Sequence record: PQ464590.1
Direction: 5' to 3' (one strand)
Length of the DNA stretch: 64,000 nucleotides
Under the pieces are notes generated by a model. The model searched no databases, was not told the DNA's origin, and saw only the letters and a list, made by a program, of their open reading frames with translations. Made by a program: the position numbers and the translations under genes. Positions 1 through 9,311 of this stretch are shown here, piece after piece (the first letter of the stretch is position 1; each line of letters begins with the position of its first letter).

Positions 1-613
1 CCACATGCGGAGAACGATAGTAATCGTACACGCGAGGGTAGTCTGGAATCGTCTTCTGGTACTCTGCATCATACGATTCACTGAACTTCTTCTCTGCGAA
101 CAATGAATACTCATCAGCGAACAGATAGTTCATGTACTCATGTTCCGCACTAGCTGGTTCACCAATCTGTACTGCTGTCCAACGGGGTGGAGTTTTAGTA
201 CCCTGACGGTTCACACGCTCAATCTCGTTCTCACCCACCGTACTCTTCACAATCCAGTCAACTTCGTACGCATAATCAAAGTCCTTATACGTAGTACATG
301 ACTTTGTTCTTTTACCTTTAGAATCAGTACTGTAAGTACAGTGTTCACGTAGTGTGTAGTGTTTACACGAAGAACTTTGTGTACACCATTCAGTGTGCTT
401 GTACTTCTCAGTTACTTCACCGTTCAGAATTTCCACATCTGACAACTTACTGTACAGTACTGCGTATGTGATTCCCAGTGCGATACAACATGCAACCAGC
501 ATAATAGCAGTGTGAATGAAAACTTCCTTCATACTGATGGAACGGTCATAACGCCACTTCATGTACATCACTACAAGTAAAGCAGGGATTGCCAGTATTG
601 CGAAATTCAACAT
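1..613 (-). CDS. Phage membrane protein (two N-terminal TM helices, Cys-rich extracytoplasmic domain); 3' end runs off the window
   Basis: Not in the ORF track because it has no stop in the window. Manual translation from ATG at 613 gives MLNFAILAIPALLVVMYMKW...PPRWTAVQIGEPASAEHEYMNYLF...YPRVYDYY with no stop; AGGA SD upstream. Confidence 0.75.
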   Translation of the reverse strand, partial: MLNFAILAIPALLVVMYMKWRYDRSISMKEVFIHTAIMLVACCIALGITYAVLYSKLSDVEILNGEVTEKYKHTEWCTQSSSCKHYTLREHCTYSTDSKGKRTKSCTTYKDFDYAYEVDWIVKSTVGENEIERVNRQGTKTPPRWTAVQIGEPASAEHEYMNYLFADEYSLFAEKKFSESYDAEYQKTIPDYPRVYDYYRSPHV

Positions 614-644
614 TTTCGTTTTCCTTTAATTACGGGGTACACGC

Positions 645-673
645 ATAATACCCCGTTCTAACCAAGCTGTCAA
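645..673 (-). promoter_or_regulatory. Canonical sigma70-type (early) promoter TTGACA-17-TATTAT
   Basis: Plus strand ataata 645-650 and tgtcaa 668-673; 17-bp spacer; directly upstream of the 613 start. Confidence 0.7.
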
Positions 674-1360
674 TTACTTTTGATCAAGAATTTTTAGACA
701 GTATGAAATCTGTAATGCTTCACGTGCTGCATCATAAAGCGGGTGATGCAATTCAAGCACTCCTACCGTACCGTTCATATTGCTTACAAACGCTCCTAGA
801 ACACGCTGTACGATGTCGTCCATCTCTGCACGCTGTTCTTCATTCAAACGGTTCTTGAGCGTCCTGGCGTTTTGAGGGGACGAATAATGCCATAGATCTG
901 CATTACCATACAGTACTCTTGAGTTCTCTTGAAGAATAGAGCAATCGAAGTGGCAACCATTACCATACACTTCAGTACTGATAGAATCATCAACCCCGAA
1001 TTCATTACCGTATACGAATTGTTGAATTACATGCGGGGTGTAATGAACATAAGGATAGATGTATGAAACATTAGTATGAATTGCAGGTTTAGTTAGTGTG
1101 AATGACTTGATCATTTCAGCATGTGCACCTGGAAAATCTTTAGCACACATGTTGTGCCAAAAGTCCATAGTACTAGCACCAACACGCAAGCCCACGTCAA
1201 GCTGATCCTGTACTGGTTGTTGAATGTACAGGTATTCTAGATGGTCTGTATCAGGGGCATCAGGAATTGCAACGAATGCGAAATTAGGTACAACAACGGC
1301 ATAACCTGAATTCTCTGGATTTCCTAGTGATTCAATATCTAGGGCTGTCTTTCTACTCAT
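674..1360 (-). CDS. DEDD-superfamily 3'-5' exonuclease (DUF5051/Rv2179c-like)
   Basis: Motifs LDIESLG, GNGCHFDCSIL, HHPLYDA match DEDDh Exo I/II/III spacing. Confidence 0.6.
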   Translation of the reverse strand: MSRKTALDIESLGNPENSGYAVVVPNFAFVAIPDAPDTDHLEYLYIQQPVQDQLDVGLRVGASTMDFWHNMCAKDFPGAHAEMIKSFTLTKPAIHTNVSYIYPYVHYTPHVIQQFVYGNEFGVDDSISTEVYGNGCHFDCSILQENSRVLYGNADLWHYSSPQNARTLKNRLNEEQRAEMDDIVQRVLGAFVSNMNGTVGVLELHHPLYDAAREALQISYCLKILDQK

Positions 1361-1374
1361 ATATACTCCAATGT

Positions 1375-1402
1375 AAAAAAGGTACTCCGAAGAGTACCTT
1401 TT
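1375..1402 (-). terminator. Rho-independent terminator (possibly bidirectional) after telA
   Basis: aaaaaa-ggtactc-cgaa-gagtacc-tttt. Confidence 0.75.
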
Positions 1403-1417
1403 GTTTAGTTATGTATC

Positions 1418-2563
1418 TTACTTACGAGCATCTTCGCTGATGCTACGCAGGGTGTCACGCAGTTCGATACGCATCTGGGCCATTTCACGCTTAGCTGCTT
1501 CACGTTCTGCTTCACCTGCTTTCTGTACTGCGATGGTATCTTTGATACCCTGAATCGTAGTTTTCTGTACTTCACGTAGTGTTTTGATATCTACTACTCC
1601 ACGTTGTGCAGACTTAGCTGCTGTTACCATGTTAGTACTGGTCTGTTTCGCACTTTCTAGGAACAGACGGTTCGTTTCATCGTCCATCATCTCACCCAGT
1701 TCGTTATCACGACGCTGGCGGTCAGTAATCAGACCTTGTGCAATCTTAGATTTCCACGCTGGAATCACGATTGTTTTCAGAGATTCGAACTTGTCAATGG
1801 TGTTGATGTTCACACCACGCATTGCCATGATTTGTGGTGCGTTCAACTGGCACAGGTTGATAAGGCGGTTCACTTTATCTTCCTGCTTAGACAGTGCTTC
1901 ACAAATCATTTTCTGATGATCCAGAACGTGCATTTCTGTTTCTGGATTTTCTAGCAGGTCTTTCAGTTTAGCGTCTTCAACTTCACGCACTTCCTGAATG
2001 TTCTCTACTACACCTTCCAGTTCTTTCAGGTACACTACGTTCGCATCGTACGTGTCTTTCAGCCATTCAGCTTCACCACGCATACGTGCTACGCCAGTTT
2101 CCAGTGTACCCATCACTTCCTGAATCTGCTCATGGCTATTGGTCAACTGGTCAGATACACGGTGTTTCACATCACTGAACAGGTTCTTGAACTTGGCAAG
2201 CAGACCAGTCTGTTCACCGTTCAGAGAGTTGATATCCACTTTACGGGTCAGAGTCAGAATAGTACTGACAGATTTACCGAATTCGGAGTTGTCGTTCGCC
2301 ACGTTCACCTGACGCAGAATGTCATCTGACAGCTTACCGATACCAGTACCTACATCAGTACCGAGAGTGTTGATGTTCTCGATGGTCAGTGCCAGAGTGC
2401 CGCCTTTTGAATCTTTCAGTACTGCGGTACTTGGAAGATTTTTTGCGTCTTGTTCGAAAGAACCCGCATCAAAAGTCTGACCTTTTTTCTCGGCAGTTTT
2501 CTTAGCACGAGTTTTGGTGGTAGTAGCGGCTTTAGCTTTAGGGTTGATTTCTTTCTCGGACAT
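1418..2563 (-). CDS. telA: TelA / toxic anion resistance family protein
   Basis: 381-aa coiled-coil protein with TelA-type motifs (IPAWKSKIA, TNRLFLESA, GVVDIKTLRE, LLAKFKNLF). Confidence 0.8.
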   Translation of the reverse strand: MSEKEINPKAKAATTTKTRAKKTAEKKGQTFDAGSFEQDAKNLPSTAVLKDSKGGTLALTIENINTLGTDVGTGIGKLSDDILRQVNVANDNSEFGKSVSTILTLTRKVDINSLNGEQTGLLAKFKNLFSDVKHRVSDQLTNSHEQIQEVMGTLETGVARMRGEAEWLKDTYDANVVYLKELEGVVENIQEVREVEDAKLKDLLENPETEMHVLDHQKMICEALSKQEDKVNRLINLCQLNAPQIMAMRGVNINTIDKFESLKTIVIPAWKSKIAQGLITDRQRRDNELGEMMDDETNRLFLESAKQTSTNMVTAAKSAQRGVVDIKTLREVQKTTIQGIKDTIAVQKAGEAEREAAKREMAQMRIELRDTLRSISEDARK

Positions 2564-2615
2564 GTTTTGTTCCTTTTAGTGGTTTTAAAGAAGTTATCTC
2601 GTTTGGTATGGGAGT

Positions 2616-2644
2616 ATTATAGGTTACTACATACTCCCTGTCAA
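2616..2644 (-). promoter_or_regulatory. Canonical sigma70 promoter TTGACA-17-TATAAT upstream of telA
   Basis: attata 2616-2621, tgtcaa 2639-2644; perfect consensus. Confidence 0.8.
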
Positions 2645-2665
2645 TATCTTTTTTGAATCTTTTTT

Positions 2666-3835
2666 TTATTCTTCAGTACTGGTATCGTCTGAACCTTTTG
2701 CAGCATCTTTATCAGATGCACCGTACGCCAAGATGCGAATTGTACGTTCAGTATCAGCATCGATACTTTGACCAACTTGTGATTGCAGACGGTCAACAAC
2801 CAGTGGGATCAGAATCGTTTGAACTTCATTCATACGGTTGAAGTCTACCATAAACTGCTGACGGGTTGCAACTAAAGATGACTGCATAATTTCAGTAGTA
2901 ATAGCAACCTTCTGTAAACGCTGCTCTCCGAGTTCCCATTCGAACTTGTCTTCAACGTTTGCAATCTGATAGCCACAGCCAACAGTACCGTTTACGATGT
3001 TTTCCTGCAAAGATGCAATATCTTTGTTGATGTCGTCAAACATCAGTTTGATACCTTCGAAGCGAGTATGGTCGAATTGAACAGCACTTTGTAACGCTGA
3101 CAGTACTTTGTTCAGATCCGCTTCTTTTACAACTAAATCTGTTTTGCCACCGAAGATCTTCTGCATGAAGGTTGGTTTCAGTGGGAATAACTCTTCCATA
3201 GTGATACGCAGCTTGTCAAAGACAGTATGCAGATATTCACTATTAGCCTTGATTGCACCCGCTAGCTGAATCTTCTTCTCGGAGATTCCCTGTGACTGAA
3301 TAGCCAACTCACGGTTACAAACATCGTAGTTCTCGATCCAATCAAGTGCCAGTACTGGATCACATGCGATACCTTCTGGAGTCGAAGCGTATTGCTGAAT
3401 CAGAGAAACACGAACATCGTTCGGATCAACTGGAACACGCTCTTTCTTCACTACTGGAATGTTCAGTACTTCAACTGATGCCGCTTGTTTGATTTCAGTC
3501 TTACCTTCTTTCCAGTCTTTGTATTCTTTCTGCAATGCTGGCATAGGAAGATCTTTTACCCGCAGAGATTTGTCGAACATGATTTCGTCCAACATCAGTG
3601 CCTGAATACGCAGCTTAGTTGTGTCAAAATAGATTTCGTTCAAATCCAGCTTACGTACATCGAATACTGGATTACCCAGTGAGTCATATGTACGGTCAAC
3701 TACAATAGTGTAGCAGTACTTACGATTAGCAGATGATTTGTATTCTTTCAAGAGAGCATTACGAACGTATTCGTAATCGAACTCTTTAATTTCGATTTCC
3801 TTGCCATTCTCTTTAAAGAAATATTTGCCTTTCAT
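2666..3835 (-). CDS. TelA-like partner protein (helical/coiled coil)
   Basis: Directly upstream of telA; LFPLKPTFMQKIFGG resembles the TelA N-terminal segment; C-terminus is heptad-rich. Confidence 0.45.
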   Translation of the reverse strand: MKGKYFFKENGKEIEIKEFDYEYVRNALLKEYKSSANRKYCYTIVVDRTYDSLGNPVFDVRKLDLNEIYFDTTKLRIQALMLDEIMFDKSLRVKDLPMPALQKEYKDWKEGKTEIKQAASVEVLNIPVVKKERVPVDPNDVRVSLIQQYASTPEGIACDPVLALDWIENYDVCNRELAIQSQGISEKKIQLAGAIKANSEYLHTVFDKLRITMEELFPLKPTFMQKIFGGKTDLVVKEADLNKVLSALQSAVQFDHTRFEGIKLMFDDINKDIASLQENIVNGTVGCGYQIANVEDKFEWELGEQRLQKVAITTEIMQSSLVATRQQFMVDFNRMNEVQTILIPLVVDRLQSQVGQSIDADTERTIRILAYGASDKDAAKGSDDTSTEE

Positions 3836-3855
3836 AGTTTGACTCCTGTGTGATT

Positions 3856-3879
3856 AAAAAGGGAGATAATATATCTCCC
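3856..3879 (-). terminator. Rho-independent terminator
   Basis: aaaaa-gggagat...atctccc hairpin with a minus-strand T tract. Confidence 0.65.
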
Positions 3880-3892
3880 CTTGATGTGACAC

Positions 3893-3921
3893 ATAATATC
3901 TTACGGTGTCAGTACTGTCAA
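3893..3921 (-). promoter_or_regulatory. Canonical sigma70 promoter TTGACA-17-TATTAT
   Basis: ataata 3893-3898, tgtcaa 3916-3921. Confidence 0.65.
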
Positions 3922-3922
3922 C

Positions 3923-4447
3923 TTATTTTGTTGAATGCTGAACAACTTTTTTCACGAGCGGAAGAAGGTCATCAATTTCTTTGTTGAAGTTGTCTGCGGC
4001 ACGCTGTTCAGCGGTACGCTTGTCCAGTTCCTCCTCCGCCTCTTCTGCTGCCAGGTGACGACGTTTCTGACGTGCACGGTACTTCACTTCTTCAACTTTT
4101 TTCCATTCTAGGAAATTGTCGTCTTCGATTGCTTCAGCGTGTGCTTCACCGATAATTTCTGCCATCTGTTTAGCTGCTACTGCGATGTCGAATTTGCTAG
4201 CACGACCGTGAATGATGGTAGTTGTGTGAATTTCTCCTTCTTGTGGTAGCTCACCGTTTTGTGGAGTTACTACCGCGAATAACAGGTCAAAAGTTGGAAC
4301 TTCGTGGGTTGCTACTGTACGGATGTCGCCTTTGAAGGTTTCGGTTTCATAGATGATGATGCCAGCATCTTCAGAATCTTCACCATAAGAGGTAACGTTG
4401 TTTGCAGTGAAAGAATGACCAGTTACGTAGAAGAATTGAATTTTCAT
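3923..4447 (-). CDS. Hypothetical protein
   Basis: 174-aa ORF with AGGA SD and its own promoter. Confidence 0.7.
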   Translation of the reverse strand: MKIQFFYVTGHSFTANNVTSYGEDSEDAGIIIYETETFKGDIRTVATHEVPTFDLLFAVVTPQNGELPQEGEIHTTTIIHGRASKFDIAVAAKQMAEIIGEAHAEAIEDDNFLEWKKVEEVKYRARQKRRHLAAEEAEEELDKRTAEQRAADNFNKEIDDLLPLVKKVVQHSTK

Positions 4448-4494
4448 ATTTTATTTCCTTTTCAGTATATCGATAGTTGTCGTTACTGGGGTGC

Positions 4495-4522
4495 ATTATA
4501 CAGTACGGATACCTTTTGTCAA
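4495..4522 (-). promoter_or_regulatory. sigma70 promoter TTGACA-16-TATAAT
   Basis: attata 4495-4500, tgtcaa 4517-4522. Confidence 0.6.
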
Positions 4523-4552
4523 CCCCTAAAAGAAAAGAGGACGCAAATATTT

Positions 4553-5350
4553 TTACGCCCTCTTGATATTCCACTCAAATGTACTGACAGGCTCAAATCT
4601 CAAAGGTAGATAAGGCAAGTCGTACATTGTTCCATTCCTGAATCTCACGATGTAGGAATTTTGTAGTACTACTATAGCTTTGTTAAGAGCCATTGCAGCA
4701 CGTTCTTTCCAGAAGTTCTTATAAGGTTCAGGTGCTCCCAAGTATTCTAACTTGAACATTCCCAGTGCAGCTTGAATCAAACGTTGTGGTGGCTCAACAC
4801 GTCCTGGTTCTGAAAGTATAGCACCGTTCTGAAATGCTGTCCATCCAGGTTCGCCTGGCAGAGAACAGAATAAATCGAACGATTTCATACTTTGGCAGTA
4901 TTTTGAATCTTTTATCTGGTTGTGTATGACAGCTTCCTTCACTGTTTTATGCAAAGAGAACTTCATATGATGTACATCATTACGAAATAGTTTTTCCAGT
5001 TCAGAGTACGTTGTAGGTACGAGTAATTCTGGCATGTACTCACCGAAAACTTCTAGACAGAAAATATCCCACAATCCTGAAGTGAATTTTACCTCTAAAT
5101 CGTAGTACTCGTCGATGAAGTACTTACCCCTCAATTTCTTCTCATTGATGAAGACCTTTCGGGCTAAGTACGTCTTGAGGATCATTTCTGTACCAACATC
5201 ACGCCGATTGATGTCGTCATAGTTTTTACCGATTCTGTTTATCTCGTACGTTCTAAGAAACATACGTTTGCTTAGACCGACACGACCTGGACTTTGGAAT
5301 TCGTTCTTAGTACGTTCATGTAGTGCAATCAAACTATTGAGCACTCTCAT
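4553..5350 (-). CDS. Hypothetical protein
   Basis: 265-aa ORF tightly packed after the upstream gene. Confidence 0.7.
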   Translation of the reverse strand: MRVLNSLIALHERTKNEFQSPGRVGLSKRMFLRTYEINRIGKNYDDINRRDVGTEMILKTYLARKVFINEKKLRGKYFIDEYYDLEVKFTSGLWDIFCLEVFGEYMPELLVPTTYSELEKLFRNDVHHMKFSLHKTVKEAVIHNQIKDSKYCQSMKSFDLFCSLPGEPGWTAFQNGAILSEPGRVEPPQRLIQAALGMFKLEYLGAPEPYKNFWKERAAMALNKAIVVLQNSYIVRFRNGTMYDLPYLPLRFEPVSTFEWNIKRA

Positions 5351-5352
5351 GT

Positions 5353-6027
5353 TTAGCGTAGTACGAAGTACTTCCCGTTGTTAGACACAATGTACTGTGA
5401 GCCAGATTTCAGTACTGTGTACCCTTCACCAAGGATAGAGCTAAGACGAGTATCGTCCAGTTCGTATCCGTCTTTCAATGCTTCAACTACGTACGATTCA
5501 GATACTATAGCACTTCCACGAGAGTAATGCAAGTCTCCGTACGCAGTATTGAGTTTTATTGTTTCTGACAGTACTTCAGTTCCTACACAAGCACGGTCAA
5601 AGAACTCTGAAAGTTCTTCAGGCTTAGTGAGATCAATTTTAGTACTGATAACATCGAAATCAACATCGATTGGATCGTTCACGCCGTACAACTGGATTTT
5701 CCAGCCTGGGTTCGGACAAAGGTTCTCAATCGTTTTGAGTAGTGTTACTAATTTACGTGGGAATTCCCCAGTACGTTCGAATTCCGCAAAAACAATATAT
5801 CGACCATCAACGTTCGGAGTCTCACTCGCTTCAGTATCAATAGCACCTAAAGGTGACTTCTCAATAAACGAACTCAAGTCATAAGCAGCATCATAATTGT
5901 CACATACTTGGAATGCAACTACAATATTACCTTCACCAATTTTAGGAGTATATTCGTCTACGCTGATAATTTCATACACGAGGTCTTTGAGAATATCAGG
6001 ACGTAATGCACGCTCATCTAATTTCAT
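5353..6027 (-). CDS. Hypothetical protein (late operon)
   Basis: 224-aa ORF; start overlaps the upstream stop (TAATG). Confidence 0.7.
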   Translation of the reverse strand: MKLDERALRPDILKDLVYEIISVDEYTPKIGEGNIVVAFQVCDNYDAAYDLSSFIEKSPLGAIDTEASETPNVDGRYIVFAEFERTGEFPRKLVTLLKTIENLCPNPGWKIQLYGVNDPIDVDFDVISTKIDLTKPEELSEFFDRACVGTEVLSETIKLNTAYGDLHYSRGSAIVSESYVVEALKDGYELDDTRLSSILGEGYTVLKSGSQYIVSNNGKYFVLR

Positions 6028-6596
6028 TAGAAACCTCCTTGCTGCATATCATCGTTGCCGAATTGTGCATCCATTTGTTCTACATCTTGTTCATTGTCCA
6101 TATCCATTTCTGGAGCAGCAGAGAACTCTTCTTCATCATTACTGTTGAAGTCTGATGACATCAGTTTATATTCATCAAAACTCTCTGGGTTTACAATACG
6201 ACGAGGAATTTGGAATTTGTATAGAATGATTGGTTTACGTTCATCAGTTGGTATTCTAAAACCTGCACCTTGACCAGCAACGGTTTCCATATCTTCTAAA
6301 CTGCGTGGGTGTGTAACTGGACCAACTTCCCAATCAGGTTTTACAAATACTTTAGTACCTTGCTTTTCGAACATTAGTGTTGCGATAGGATCTGGGAAAG
6401 TATCATGGTCGAATTTGAAAGTAACTTCAACCCAGTACTTACTTACGATTGGGCCTTCTACAAGCTCACCGTCGATCCAATTCTCATACGCGTACAAATC
6501 CATATCATCAAAATACTTCTCGACACCCAATAGAATATCGAGAAGACCATCTTGATCATATAATGTCTGTACTGGAGAAGAATTAGTATTATCCAT
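6027..6596 (-). CDS. Hypothetical protein (late promoter, acidic tail)
   Basis: 189-aa ORF; TAAATA at 6630-6635 upstream. Confidence 0.7.
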   Translation of the reverse strand: MDNTNSSPVQTLYDQDGLLDILLGVEKYFDDMDLYAYENWIDGELVEGPIVSKYWVEVTFKFDHDTFPDPIATLMFEKQGTKVFVKPDWEVGPVTHPRSLEDMETVAGQGAGFRIPTDERKPIILYKFQIPRRIVNPESFDEYKLMSSDFNSNDEEEFSAAPEMDMDNEQDVEQMDAQFGNDDMQQGGF

Positions 6597-6652
6597 TATA
6601 AAATCCTTTTATAGTAATCTTTCTTATCTTATTTACTATAGAAAAATGGATA

Positions 6653-7267
6653 CTATTTGTTTAGCTTATATGACATCGTTCTTTGTAGTTGATACCAGTT
6701 CGGAACATATATGAAGTCATTATCTGCATTTTCAAAGCGAACATTATGTGACGCTTTGAGCATGATTCCAGGAATACCAATAGCCTGTGCTGCATTTATG
6801 TTGTCAATGTGGTCATCAACTAAAAACTGTACATCATAACGTTGTTTCAACTTGTACAGTACTGCTTTCTTAGATTCATACATTTCAACAATATGTATTT
6901 CATCAAATAAGCCTGGGTATACATTTTCTAAGTTCACACGGCGTAGTACATCACCGTGACCACCAGTACCACTCTTAGTTACTGCTGCCCATTTTACATC
7001 AGGGTAGTTTTTCTGTAGTAAACGCATGTATTCTACAGCATCTGGATCAAGAGGTTTCAGTAAACCAAATTCATAAGAACGCTCATTGAAGTGCTTCATA
7101 ATTTCTTGTACTTCTGTTTGAGTACGACCTAACCATTCAGTCAAGTCATATGAAGTTGGTTCACCTACTGGGTGGATATCGTAGTGTTTTTTGACGAACT
7201 CACGAAGACCACCAATGTGGTCTAACATCACTTCATCTACATCACACAATGCGATTCGTTGTTTCAT
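6653..7267 (-). CDS. HAD-superfamily 5'(3')-deoxyribonucleotidase-like phosphatase
   Basis: N-terminal CDVDEVM (DxD motif) and C-terminal FLVDDHIDN. Confidence 0.75.
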   Translation of the reverse strand: MKQRIALCDVDEVMLDHIGGLREFVKKHYDIHPVGEPTSYDLTEWLGRTQTEVQEIMKHFNERSYEFGLLKPLDPDAVEYMRLLQKNYPDVKWAAVTKSGTGGHGDVLRRVNLENVYPGLFDEIHIVEMYESKKAVLYKLKQRYDVQFLVDDHIDNINAAQAIGIPGIMLKASHNVRFENADNDFIYVPNWYQLQRTMSYKLNK

Positions 7268-8220
7268 TACATTTCACCTGCACAAATTAGGTCAATTTCG
7301 CATAGTAATGCGGATAGGTTCATTTCACGATCAGATACTGAAGCTTGTTTCACTACAGCATCACGGATTTTTACCTTGATTTTCATCACTGCAATATCAT
7401 CAGTCGTGAACATATCTACATTCCTATACAGGAATGAGAAGAATCCGTCAATTTCATCTTCAGGAATATTCTGCACAATCTCTTCACGCATTTGACGAAT
7501 ATTCCCAGCTTTTAGAGCATCAACGATACTGTCGCGGTACGATGCAGTACCATCAATTGATTCTTCTACTGGTACTAACTTTTTACCAACTACAGAACAC
7601 TGTAGTAGGTTCAGTGTTTTACGAAAATCTGGGAAAGTCTTCTTGATGTACTTTTGCACCAAGTCAATACTTTCTTGAGTTTCTAATTCTACACCTTCTG
7701 CTAGTAGTACTGTAATCACTCGTTCCATGAACTGTTCCATATCGTGTTTTTCAATCATAATTGACTGTACACGAGATAGGATTGGTCTTAGGATTTTGTG
7801 TGGTTCATTGGAGGTTAGAATGAACCGAGCATTCTCGTGATAATCCTCCATGATACGCTTTAGGGAACCTTGTGCTTTTTGGTGCATCTGTTCCATTTCT
7901 TCTAGAACGAAGATACGGTACTTACCGAAACACGCCAACCGAGCAGCGGAGTCGATTTTATCACGTACTGCGTCCATACCTTCATCGGACATGTTCAGTA
8001 CTGTTACGTCACCTTCATCAATGAAACCATTGGCAATAAGACCTTTGATTAGTACTTGAAGAGCAGAAGTCTTACCAGTACCAGCAGGGCCAAAGAAACC
8101 AATATGAGGGATTTCACCAGTGCTAATCCACTCTTCCATTTTCTGACGGAACGCATCATTTTTGAACACATAGTCTTCGAGGGTATTAGGGCGATATTTT
8201 TCTGTCCATAGAGTAGTCAT
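7267..8220 (-). CDS. 44: Clamp loader AAA+ subunit (T4 gp44/RFC-like)
   Basis: LWTEKYRP, Walker A GPAGTGKT, LNMSDE, Walker B-like VLEEME, ILSRVQ arginine-finger region. Confidence 0.92.
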   Translation of the reverse strand: MTTLWTEKYRPNTLEDYVFKNDAFRQKMEEWISTGEIPHIGFFGPAGTGKTSALQVLIKGLIANGFIDEGDVTVLNMSDEGMDAVRDKIDSAARLACFGKYRIFVLEEMEQMHQKAQGSLKRIMEDYHENARFILTSNEPHKILRPILSRVQSIMIEKHDMEQFMERVITVLLAEGVELETQESIDLVQKYIKKTFPDFRKTLNLLQCSVVGKKLVPVEESIDGTASYRDSIVDALKAGNIRQMREEIVQNIPEDEIDGFFSFLYRNVDMFTTDDIAVMKIKVKIRDAVVKQASVSDREMNLSALLCEIDLICAGEM

Positions 8221-8244
8221 TTTATTTCCTTATTCCTTATTGCC

Positions 8245-8520
8245 TTAGTATTTCCATTTGGAGTTGTCGTACATCATTGCTGTAAATAAATCTTCTGTCA
8301 TTTCGAGTTGGTTAAACAAGTACTCGAATGTATTTGATTTGTTAGGGAGATCCATACCCGCAGCTTGTGCATTAGCTGCTTGTACTAGAAGTCGTTTAAA
8401 CACATCATGTGGGACTTCGTATACTAGTTTTCGATTTCGAGGTGTTTCGAAATAGAACTTACCTTTCTTAGCCTGTAATTGAACATCACTGAAGCTAAAC
8501 GTACCGTCATCATTTACCAT
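8245..8520 (-). CDS. Hypothetical protein
   Basis: 91-aa ORF collinear with neighbours. Confidence 0.6.
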   Translation of the reverse strand: MVNDDGTFSFSDVQLQAKKGKFYFETPRNRKLVYEVPHDVFKRLLVQAANAQAAGMDLPNKSNTFEYLFNQLEMTEDLFTAMMYDNSKWKY

Positions 8521-8531
8521 ATAGTACCTAC

Positions 8532-8559
8532 AAAAAAGAAGCCCAGAATCATCTGGGCT
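8532..8559 (-). terminator. Rho-independent terminator after groES
   Basis: aaaaaa..agcccaga-atca-tctgggct. Confidence 0.7.
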
Positions 8560-8565
8560 GTTAAA

Positions 8566-8886
8566 TTAGTATCCAAGGAATAAATCTTTTGGACGTTCAG
8601 GAGAAGCGATTAGTACATTAGTAGGATAATCAACTAAGTTTAGTTGAACACCATCAATCTCGATAGTCCTTGACCAACGACCATGTACAATAAGAATCCA
8701 CTCACCTTCTTTTAGATCAGTAACATCTTCACCGACCGAATACACTTGACCCCAACGAGCATGGACACCACGCACCGTACCGTCATCATCACGAAGTACG
8801 ATACCTGCTTCAGAAACTTGCTCACCACGATCCAAATTTTTCACTAGTACTTTACCTGCACTAGCTTGTATAACTTTTGACTCCAT
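8566..8886 (-). CDS. groES: GroES-like co-chaperonin (copy 1)
   Basis: KVLVK...SEAGIVL...GQVYSVG..V..LKEGEWIL matches the Cpn10 pattern. Confidence 0.8.
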   Translation of the reverse strand: MESKVIQASAGKVLVKNLDRGEQVSEAGIVLRDDDGTVRGVHARWGQVYSVGEDVTDLKEGEWILIVHGRWSRTIEIDGVQLNLVDYPTNVLIASPERPKDLFLGY

Positions 8887-8892
8887 CCGAAA

Positions 8893-9252
8893 TTACTCCT
8901 GATCTGGATTTTTCACTTTAGCACGTTTTACTGGAGCAGCTTTTACTGGCTCTTCTTGTACTTCTTGTACTTCTTCGTCTTGTTTCTCGAACATACTATC
9001 ATCAAAGCCATCATCCACTGCTGGAGCAGCACTGTGAGATGTGTGTTCAGGAACAATATCAGGAATTTGCATTTCGCGTTCACGTTCTGCTAGTAGTTCT
9101 TCACGAGTCTTGATGATTGTACCACCACGACCAATTTTGTCACCACGGGCATTCATGCTTGCATTACCGAGGGCAGTCTTGTGCTCGTTCTGGAACTTTA
9201 GCATTTCCATGTCGATTGCTGTGCCACGATAAGATACGTGTTTTTTACTCAT
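8893..9252 (-). CDS. Hypothetical protein
   Basis: 119-aa ORF with AGGA SD and upstream promoter. Confidence 0.7.
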   Translation of the reverse strand: MSKKHVSYRGTAIDMEMLKFQNEHKTALGNASMNARGDKIGRGGTIIKTREELLAEREREMQIPDIVPEHTSHSAAPAVDDGFDDSMFEKQDEEVQEVQEEPVKAAPVKRAKVKNPDQE

Positions 9253-9281
9253 AATAAATCCTTTTATCTGTGTGATACCTT

Positions 9282-9311
9282 ATTATATCACATTTTTTGC
9301 TACCATTTCAA
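9282..9311 (-). promoter_or_regulatory. Phage-class promoter (TTGAAA-18-TATAAT, with ATGTGA before the -10)
   Basis: tattatatcacattt at 9281; weakest upstream box of the class. Confidence 0.6.
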
